A DNA stretch of 61,751 nt. It comes from a virus (taxonomy: Duplodnaviria > Caudoviricetes). The stretch is taken from positions 1 through 61,751 of the IMG/VR virus record IMGVR_UViG_3300009149_010511; one strand, written 5' to 3'. The translations under genes were made by a program, and so were the position numbers. Shown here one piece after another: positions 55,168 to 61,751 of the stretch (its first letter is position 1; every line of letters begins with the position of its first letter). The notes beneath the pieces are model-generated. The model was not told the origin of the DNA. It saw only the letters and a list, made by a program, of their open reading frames with translations, and made no database searches.

Positions 55168-55988
55168 AAGCTCATCTTGTCCATTTTAAGAACGTGCAAC
55201 GCAAAGTTGGGGGTAGTGCCCTCTTTAAGTCTCAGTTCTGTATACTTTTTAAAGACCTCAGTTTTATCCATGCCTTTTGACATAAACATTACTTCGCCAT
55301 TAGAAAGCATAATATTGTCCGCAAGTAGTACTTCCCTGGTTGCGCCTATTCTCTTTTCTTTCACAAGATGAAATCTAAACACTAAATCATCATCTGTAAA
55401 ATTATAATTTTCCTTTAATGTTTGTCTTTCTTCATCTGTAAAGTCATACGCATATCCAATAAGTTCAGTACAGTAGAGAGCCTTATGGTCTGTATAACGA
55501 AAATCAAAGTCATACGGTCTACCTAAACAATCCAAAGCTCTCTTTGCTGCTAGCTCACATGCTTTTTCAGGAAGGCTTGGTCTAAATATAACAGCATGGT
55601 CTGTCCTAAAGAAGTCAATTGCATTGGCTTTGAGCACACCCTCTGACATTGAATGTACTACCGTGTGCCTTTTAATTCCATCTTCCCATGCAATTTTACC
55701 TACGTACATTCCAGCATGTTTCAGATCGCCTGGAATAAAAAAACTGCTCCAGTATTTATCATACTTCCTTAGAAAGACATCGCCAGGTCGTAAATGATTA
55801 TCGTATATTAGTCTGCTGACAGTATCACTATCGTCACCTTTTAGTTTATAACTTGTTGGAGCATACACAACCCAGAAGGGGCATTTAGCCCCTTGCCAGG
55901 TTAAGTCTCCGATAAAAGTAAAAAGTTTTTCTTGACCTTTTGCGAGCAGACCTTTCTGGAATTGAAAGTTATTAGCCTGCTTGCTCAT
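55164..55988 (-). CDS. Permuted papain-like NlpC/P60 enzyme (YiiX/YebB-like)
   Basis: LRPGDVFL, KHAGMY, GRPYDFDF, LYCTELI. Confidence 0.85.
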   Translation of the reverse strand: MSKQANNFQFQKGLLAKGQEKLFTFIGDLTWQGAKCPFWVVYAPTSYKLKGDDSDTVSRLIYDNHLRPGDVFLRKYDKYWSSFFIPGDLKHAGMYVGKIAWEDGIKRHTVVHSMSEGVLKANAIDFFRTDHAVIFRPSLPEKACELAAKRALDCLGRPYDFDFRYTDHKALYCTELIGYAYDFTDEERQTLKENYNFTDDDLVFRFHLVKEKRIGATREVLLADNIMLSNGEVMFMSKGMDKTEVFKKYTELRLKEGTTPNFALHVLKMDKMSL

Positions 55989-56394
55989 TTGTTTTTTCTT
56001 CCTCCACTACTTCTTCTGTAAAAGTTGTTGTAGCTTCTTCTGTTGTAACTGTTTCAGCCACATCTACAAAGCCTGCATTTTCCTTGGGAGAGGCTATGCC
56101 TTCGGCTTGTGTTCCATCTTCTTTTGTAACAAATTTTTCTGGGTTCTGTTCTTTGTAGTAATTAAAGAGGAACTGAAGATCCTGTTCTTTCTTTAAACAC
56201 TGCTTGCATACACAAGCTCCTGAATTCTTTGGATCTTCCCATGCAAGGTCTTTTGTCTTATCATACAGGTTAAGACATCTGTCGCAAATAAAAAGACCGG
56301 ATGTGTTATTTTTGTTGAAGACTAATATCTGTCCTCGTACTGCAGGAACCATTACTACTTCTTCTGCGTGCTTTACCAGTGACATTCCGTTCAT
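55972..56394 (-). CDS. Zn-finger protein with acidic tail
   Basis: CDRC...VCKQC. Confidence 0.68.
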   Translation of the reverse strand: MNGMSLVKHAEEVVMVPAVRGQILVFNKNNTSGLFICDRCLNLYDKTKDLAWEDPKNSGACVCKQCLKKEQDLQFLFNYYKEQNPEKFVTKEDGTQAEGIASPKENAGFVDVAETVTTEEATTTFTEEVVEEEKTNEQAG

Positions 56395-56480
56395 GTTCGT
56401 TGCCTCCTTAGAGAAAATAGATTATAATAGCAACTATAAAAGCTGCGATTGCTGTGGGAATATAGCACTCACGTGCCCTT

Positions 56481-57026
56481 TCACTCAGTTTCGGTTTCGG
56501 ATTTTGTTTCAATGTTAACCTCGGTTTCAGTTGCAGGTTCAACCTTAGCCTCTATTTCAGTTTCAATAACTGTCTCAGGCTTACTCGGATCTTGTGCATC
56601 TTTAATGGAATAGCCCGCCTGGCTTACTAAGCGCTTATGCACCTGCGTATACTTCATATAAGCGTGCATTAAGTCTGCTTGTGGGTTTTGCATATCCTCT
56701 TTTTTCTTAGCTTCATACACTTTCCTGAAGCCTTGCAGGTTTCTTAATATTAAGCTCTCTAATATTATATACTCTTCGTGTGATAGTTTTAAGATAGTTC
56801 TTCTATTATCAGCCCAATTGACCTTTTTACTTTGAAGCTTCTTATCAACACTTTCAGCAATTGCGAAAGACTCTGTAGCTTGTGCAGTATGCGGGTCATC
56901 TGGGTTAGGCTCTACACCCTTCATAGATTCTTTAAAACCTTTTACTGTGTTGTGAACTAAACCTTCAAGTAAAAGAAAATCTGTAGCAGGAAGTTTTAAA
57001 ATTACGCGACGACGAAAACTACTCAA
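56481..57026 (-). CDS. Hypothetical protein with an internal two-fold repeat
   Basis: RRVILKLPATDFLLLEGLV..GF vs RRTILKLSHEEYIILESLI..GF. Confidence 0.7.
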   Translation of the reverse strand: MSSFRRRVILKLPATDFLLLEGLVHNTVKGFKESMKGVEPNPDDPHTAQATESFAIAESVDKKLQSKKVNWADNRRTILKLSHEEYIILESLILRNLQGFRKVYEAKKKEDMQNPQADLMHAYMKYTQVHKRLVSQAGYSIKDAQDPSKPETVIETEIEAKVEPATETEVNIETKSETETE

Positions 57027-57516
57027 TTGTTGCCTCCTTATCTGTACTGCCTAATCCACCCCTTGAGTTATTATCAGGTATAAACTCTTCTACTGTTATG
57101 CCTGTAGCAGGTTCAAGTACTAATTGAGCGATAGGCGTGCCTTTAGGAAGGATCTGTTTAAGTCTACCAGTCTCATCTGTTTGCACGTCAAGGCAATAAC
57201 AAGGCCAAAAGACTCTATCTTCCGGTCCACAATAGTCAGGGTCAATTATGCCTACACTATTAGCTTGCATTAAACCCCATTTCATAAAAGTAGAGCTTCT
57301 AGCATACAGCACAGCTCTCATCCCTTCAGGTGGCTTTACTATTACGCCTACAGGAATCAAAAAGAACTTATTCTTAATTAACTTGATGTCTTCCGTAGTC
57401 ACCAGATCAAAACCAACCGAGCCCTCAGTCTTAACTCCACCCTTCGTCTTATAGAGTTCTTTCACCTCATCAGACGTAAAATGAACTAACAACGTCTTGT
57501 CACTAAAATGTTTCAT
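57019..57516 (-). CDS. dut: Trimeric dUTPase
   Basis: GSVGFDL, ARSS, GIIDPDYCG, IAQL, RGGLGST (motifs I-V). Confidence 0.93.
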   Translation of the reverse strand: MKHFSDKTLLVHFTSDEVKELYKTKGGVKTEGSVGFDLVTTEDIKLIKNKFFLIPVGVIVKPPEGMRAVLYARSSTFMKWGLMQANSVGIIDPDYCGPEDRVFWPCYCLDVQTDETGRLKQILPKGTPIAQLVLEPATGITVEEFIPDNNSRGGLGSTDKEATIE

Positions 57517-57737
57517 TTTATCTCCCTATTTTGTATTATCTCCAATGCCCTCTCTTTTACACTGTCTTTGATAGGTTGGAGAAAAACTGTATGTTCCTTT
57601 TCCCACTGTTTAAAAAAATCGTCGAAACTGCTGTCTTGTCTAAGATAGGCAACTGCTAAGTGCATCGCCTTTGTTTCAACATTAATACTTTCAAAATATA
57701 TTTGTTTAGCCAAGAGAAGACCTCCAAGGTTCATCAT
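57513..57737 (-). CDS. Small hypothetical protein
   Basis: AAGGAG SD. Confidence 0.65.
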   Translation of the reverse strand: MMNLGGLLLAKQIYFESINVETKAMHLAVAYLRQDSSFDDFFKQWEKEHTVFLQPIKDSVKERALEIIQNREIK

Positions 57738-57780
57738 AGTGTTGCTCCTTTAATTACGGATGTCTACTCTTTACTCAATA

Positions 57781-58293
57781 CTACTGATCTAAGTATATAA
57801 GTAACTGTAATGTCTTCTGTAACATAGCATAAAATGGTTGAGGAAAATGGAATCTATTAGCCTGTCGTATTTCTAAGCATTCTAATACATCAGTCCCATA
57901 CTGCTTACTTCTAGCATACCAGTCTATTGCTAACTCCATCATAGCTGCTTCTTCCATCTCTGTAATATCTTTGTAAAATTCTGGATGGTGATCGTTTACT
58001 TCATAATGTTTTCTGATGTAAACCATCTTTTCATCAGATGCTACTTTTGTGACATTAGGATCTTTTAATGCTGCAACATCGTCTGCAAACTTAGCCATCC
58101 CATAGAATTCATTTTTTGTAAATTTACTTAAATCATGCGATGCTACTCTTTCGGCTAATATTCTTGCGTATTCTACTTTCCTTTTTTCTAACAAATGAAG
58201 TACAACTTTGTTTCCAATCTCTAATACAAATGATCTATGTATGAGTGTATCATTCATTTGAGCAGTGCAGTTCTTTTGTAGAGTATCACTCAT
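57781..58293 (-). CDS. HD-domain phosphohydrolase (DUF5662-like)
   Basis: H...HDLSKF...HYEVNDHHPEFY...ELAIDW. Confidence 0.78.
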   Translation of the reverse strand: MSDTLQKNCTAQMNDTLIHRSFVLEIGNKVVLHLLEKRKVEYARILAERVASHDLSKFTKNEFYGMAKFADDVAALKDPNVTKVASDEKMVYIRKHYEVNDHHPEFYKDITEMEEAAMMELAIDWYARSKQYGTDVLECLEIRQANRFHFPQPFYAMLQKTLQLLIYLDQ

Positions 58294-58320
58294 TTAGTAT
58301 CCTTAATGTTGTTAGTAGGG

Positions 58321-58367
58321 ATTACAGGGTTGGTAATCTTTTTATCAACAACCAACCCTGCTGTAAT
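58321..58367 (-). terminator. Long hairpin, probable terminator of the Hc1-like gene
   Basis: ATTACAG(CA)GGTTGGT...ACCAACCCTGTAAT inverted repeat. Confidence 0.6.
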
Positions 58368-58368
58368 A

Positions 58369-58466
58369 GTGAACTGCCTGCGCTTCTTAGCGACTCGACT
58401 TCCTGCTTCATAGATTCCGGTAATCCAGACATCTCCACAGGCTCTTCGGACAGTCCCTGCCGTGTA
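58369..58466 (-). ncRNA. Orphan IS200/IS605/IS607 right end, TnpB omega-RNA-like scaffold
   Basis: ACGGCAGGGACTGTCCGAAGA-GCCTGTGGAGAT...TATGAAGCAGGAAG...GCAGTTCAC; GC-rich island resembling tnpB 3' ends as recalled; no tnpB in the window. Confidence 0.55.
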
Positions 58467-58477
58467 CTAAGTAAAGA

Positions 58478-58666
58478 TTATTTTACTTCACCCTTTTCTA
58501 CTGCGATGCTGTACTTACGGAAAGCAGCATTAGCTTTTTCAAGTTGTCTCTGAGCCTTACGTGCTCTAAGACCTGCGGACTTGTTCCCTTTGTCGTAGAA
58601 CTTGTCCATTTCAGCTTTCACCTCTTCCATTAGTACATAAATTTCGGTTCTGTGATCGGCTCCCAT
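58478..58666 (-). CDS. Histone H1-like Hc1-family small basic protein
   Basis: KF..KGNKSAGLRARK...LEK....FRK.S. Confidence 0.8.
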   Translation of the reverse strand: MGADHRTEIYVLMEEVKAEMDKFYDKGNKSAGLRARKAQRQLEKANAAFRKYSIAVEKGEVK

Positions 58667-58706
58667 ACGTTTACCTCCTTTGGCAAATTAAAATGAGTAA
58701 TTATAA

Positions 58707-58931
58707 TTACTCATAATAGTTAACTTTTGTTTTTAAAACTTTTTTATCTTTAGGCTTTCTTGCTATCTTCGCAATAACTGCGACTCCCTCCTCGGCTAAA
58801 AAGTCCTCATAATCTTCTTCCGTCATTCTAAAAGCGCATGAATCGACAGTACAGAAAATAATATCTTCTCCTCCAGGTACATTCATTACTTCCAGCAGTT
58901 TACCGCAAACAGGGCATACAAACTCTGACAA
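58707..58931 (-). CDS. Zn-ribbon small protein
   Basis: CPVCGK...FCTVDSC; AAGGAGG SD with TTG start. Confidence 0.65.
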   Translation of the reverse strand: MSEFVCPVCGKLLEVMNVPGGEDIIFCTVDSCAFRMTEEDYEDFLAEEGVAVIAKIARKPKDKKVLKTKVNYYE

Positions 58932-58933
58932 AA

Positions 58934-60268
58934 CTATTGTCCTCCTTTACTAAGTGTAGTTACAAACTGGAGTCCGTCCTCTTTAGTTTTAATCTTTCCT
59001 TGTATTTGTAACTCAATTACTTGTTTTTTTATCTCACCTATTTGTTTACCTGAGATATCTTTTATTATATCCATAATTTCAAAACCATCTATAACACAGG
59101 CAACAACTGACTTAGCTTTAATACTGATGTTTTGTTTCAAGGTTTCAATCCTCGCAGCAAGTGGCTCATTGTCTACTAATTCTCTATCCGCACGCACTAG
59201 CATTATCGAAGGCTCCAAGTAACTGTAATGCTCTCGTATAAATTTCGCAACAGTTTTATCCGAACCTTTAGCCGCGATCTCTTTAATCTTAATGTGTGCC
59301 GCCACGACGTGTTTTGCAAGTTTTCTCTCCTTCGCAGGCATATGTAATCTTCTAAAAATTACTCGAACCATTTCTGCTCCAACTTCGTCATGCCCCTTAA
59401 AGTTGTATGTTCCGTATTTTTCAGAAATACCTCTTGTACGCTTTTTTCCTACATCGTGTAAGAGAGCAATTAACCTTAGCATTGGGTCTGGTGTCTGCTC
59501 TGCCATATACTGCATGACATCTAAGGAATGCTCGAATACACTTTTAATATGATATCTACTATATTGTGAGAAGTCGATTAGATCATGGAGTTCAGGAAGT
59601 ATATGATGTAACATGTTTGTATCAACTAAAAGTCTAATACCCCTCTTAATTGCATGTGGAGGAGCTGTTAACATTTTTAATAACTCTACAGACACCCTCT
59701 CACCAGAGAGCTTGGTTATGCTTTGGGAGTTCTGCTTAATGGCCCGGTAAAGTGTCGGAGCTAAAGAAAAACCAAGCAGAACTGCGCAATTCAATGCTCT
59801 CAGCATTCTAAGATAATCCTGAGTCATTTTATCTTGTGGACAACCGACTGACCGAACTATTTGGTTTTCTAAATCTTTTAATCCTCCTAAAGGATCAATA
59901 ATTTCTCCTGTCACAGGATCCAGTGCCATAGCGTTTACAGTAAAATCTCTTCTTACTAAATCTTTCTCTATACTGTTTATAAATGTAACATTAGCATGTC
60001 TCCCATTTTGATTACTGTCTGTCCTAAAGGTACCTACTTCAAGAATGCTGTCCTTGTACTTTACTTGGACAGACCCATAAGTCTTACCCAAGTCTCTGCT
60101 ATCAGGAAAAAGCTTCTTTACAATATCAGGTGTAGCATTAGTAGCAATATCGAAATCTTTAGGAAGTCTGTCTAGAAGTATATCTCTAACAGCTCCTCCA
60201 ACTATGTAAGCTTGAAAGCCTTGATACTGTAATATTTTTATTATTTCTGTAGCATTCTTTAAAGACAT
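58934..60268 (-). CDS. cca: CCA tRNA nucleotidyltransferase (class II) with HD domain
   Basis: YIVGGAVRD..L...KDFDIAT, DLVRRDFTVNAMA, DYLRMLRA, H...VFEHS...LLHDVGK. Confidence 0.9.
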   Translation of the reverse strand: MSLKNATEIIKILQYQGFQAYIVGGAVRDILLDRLPKDFDIATNATPDIVKKLFPDSRDLGKTYGSVQVKYKDSILEVGTFRTDSNQNGRHANVTFINSIEKDLVRRDFTVNAMALDPVTGEIIDPLGGLKDLENQIVRSVGCPQDKMTQDYLRMLRALNCAVLLGFSLAPTLYRAIKQNSQSITKLSGERVSVELLKMLTAPPHAIKRGIRLLVDTNMLHHILPELHDLIDFSQYSRYHIKSVFEHSLDVMQYMAEQTPDPMLRLIALLHDVGKKRTRGISEKYGTYNFKGHDEVGAEMVRVIFRRLHMPAKERKLAKHVVAAHIKIKEIAAKGSDKTVAKFIREHYSYLEPSIMLVRADRELVDNEPLAARIETLKQNISIKAKSVVACVIDGFEIMDIIKDISGKQIGEIKKQVIELQIQGKIKTKEDGLQFVTTLSKGGQ

Positions 60269-61167
60269 TACACGCTCTTTGTATCCACTGAGTCAAGACC
60301 CTTCCAACGTTTTGTAGAACTCCAGAGGTATGCAGCAGGAAATTCCATATACTTTCTTTTACCTTTCTTTACTTCTACCTTAGAAAGTGATAAATTAAAA
60401 CTAACTTCATCTTCAGTTGGGAAAGGGCGTCTCTTTCCTCTGTAGTATGCAACGTCTGTAAATCTTGTGTATATAAGCTTTACAAGTCGTGTTTCTAGCT
60501 CCTTAGACTGCAAAGTTCCCTGTATGTAAGAATTATATACAGTTTTAGTTATAGTCTTTATTATTGTACTAGAAGCCTTTTTTGCAAACTTAGGAAGATC
60601 AACATAATCAGGAGTAAATGTTTCGCCTGCTTTATGTGCTTTTATTCCTTTTACCATAGACGACACAAGCGCATTTATATCTGCTTGCATTTCCTCAGGA
60701 CCTTTTTTGCTAATGTTGCCAAGCTCAAGCACAGGAAGTGTATGCTTATCTTTAGGAAATAATGTTTCCTGACCTGGAGTGGAACAATAATCAGTGTCAA
60801 TTGCAGGTAACATAATTGGCGTAGATTTAGTTGAATGTCCTAACATCATTTTTGCAACATTCTTAATATAAGGCTGGATAACATCCTTATCAAAAGAATA
60901 CTCTGCTCCTGCAAGACCCTTTTCTAAGTTACGCACCCTGGATGGACGCATATAAGCATAACCTGGAAGTAAGTCAGCCTTGAAAAATTTTAAGACTGTT
61001 CTTCTAGAACAATTCAACTGTTTTGCTATGTAAGCGGTACCTACCTCGGCTTCTTCAGGAATTAAAGCATCTCCCGGACATAGAATAATCTTAGCGTTTT
61101 TAAGGTTTTGTAAACTCTTGTGAAGTTTTACTCCTAATTTAAGTAGAACTGCTTCTAATTTACTCAT
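60268..61167 (-). CDS. Protein with an N-terminal excisionase/MerR-like HTH (start revised)
   Basis: GTAYIAKQLNCSRRTVLKFFKADLLPG; AGGAGG SD before ATG 61167. Confidence 0.55.
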   Translation of the reverse strand: MSKLEAVLLKLGVKLHKSLQNLKNAKIILCPGDALIPEEAEVGTAYIAKQLNCSRRTVLKFFKADLLPGYAYMRPSRVRNLEKGLAGAEYSFDKDVIQPYIKNVAKMMLGHSTKSTPIMLPAIDTDYCSTPGQETLFPKDKHTLPVLELGNISKKGPEEMQADINALVSSMVKGIKAHKAGETFTPDYVDLPKFAKKASSTIIKTITKTVYNSYIQGTLQSKELETRLVKLIYTRFTDVAYYRGKRRPFPTEDEVSFNLSLSKVEVKKGKRKYMEFPAAYLWSSTKRWKGLDSVDTKSV

Positions 61168-61181
61168 GTTACGTATCCCTC

Positions 61182-61751
61182 CTATTTCTTTTTCATCGGA
61201 GAACCTTCCCAAGCAAGCTCAAACATTAACCCACGTATGAACTCAAAGAAGGTAACCTCTGTATCCATTTTTTCTCTATAAGAAAATTTTAATGGCTCAT
61301 TTGTAATGTAGACTTCGTTGTCTCGTTCTATTTTTAACTTAGCAGGTATTAAATTTCCTATAGGAGTATACTCTATAGCCCAGTGCGTATCGTCCCCTTC
61401 ATGTATAACACTAGGGGCTGCATACATATCAAGCCAGTTACTGCCTTCGCAGCATGTTACTCCTACTGATTTATAAATAACAACTTCTTTTACCTTGTAG
61501 GTTTCATCAACAATATGTCTTTTAACTTTAGCAGCTTCTAGCAAATCTTTTATGTGAGCATCCAGATTTTGTAAAGACTTATAATGAATAAACATCTTAA
61601 TAAAACTAAGAAATGTGCATTTGTCTTCAAGATAGATTTTCTCGCCTAAGTAGTGCAGTGCTTTCTTTTTACTTATAAGCTTCTCCACCTTTTGCGTAGA
61701 CACGCTTAGTAGCATTCCTTCAGCTGTAAGTCTAATGTGTTCTGTTGCCAT
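61182..61751 (-). CDS. Hypothetical protein (starts at or beyond the window edge)
   Basis: 189-aa ORF ending TFFEFIRGLMFELAWEGSP. Confidence 0.7.
   Translation of the reverse strand: MATEHIRLTAEGMLLSVSTQKVEKLISKKKALHYLGEKIYLEDKCTFLSFIKMFIHYKSLQNLDAHIKDLLEAAKVKRHIVDETYKVKEVVIYKSVGVTCCEGSNWLDMYAAPSVIHEGDDTHWAIEYTPIGNLIPAKLKIERDNEVYITNEPLKFSYREKMDTEVTFFEFIRGLMFELAWEGSPMKKK

Noticed and set aside
58369-58470. tRNA gene in the GC-rich intergenic island
   Set aside because: No cloverleaf, T-loop GTTCRA context or CCA end; fits an IS right-end RNA better. No tRNA was recognised elsewhere in the window
58245-58553. 102-aa + strand ORF over the ncRNA-like island
   Set aside because: Antisense to both flanking genes, no SD and no recognisable motif
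1-61751. Genome-wide TAG recoding (genetic code 15)
   Set aside because: Long genes are intact under code 11 and many end in TAG right before the next SD or start (1170, 3850, 10642, 31260, 51141, 61182); only one convincing internal TAG was seen

Overview
A 61.7-kb AT-rich, gene-dense segment of a large (probably jumbo) contractile-tailed phage genome, read with the standard code and strong AGGAG-type Shine-Dalgarno sites. Positions 1-38662 (+ strand) are a late/virion region. It holds tail sheath, tail tube, a T4 gp6-like baseplate wedge and a gp25-like wedge, scattered among many accessory genes: ART-like/Nudix, GNATs, ankyrin, Zn-peptidases, a PrsW/CPBP-like intramembrane protease, a PurD-like ATP-grasp, two Trp-Gly pentapeptide-repeat proteins and several paralog families. 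Positions 38659-61751 (- strand, convergent) are an early/middle region: sigma-70-like factor, 5'-3' exonuclease, dUTPase, HD and MazG-like hydrolases, CCA-adding enzyme, thioredoxin, lytic transglycosylase, permuted papain-like enzyme, Hc1-like protein and many small Zn-finger ORFs. Most notable: (1) 8-9 membrane proteins with unrelated N-terminal domains on a shared basic-helix/TM anchor followed by putative head-protease (L/I-x-E) sites; (2) about 15 tiny divergent ORFs in two arrays sharing a C-terminal [FY][IV]F-x(1-2)-[KR][KR] tag; (3) an orphan TnpB omega-RNA-like element with no tnpB gene; (4) a HAD phosphatase interrupted by one in-frame TAG; (5) duplication scars from gene-cassette insertion. 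All calls come from reading motifs by eye; no searches were run.
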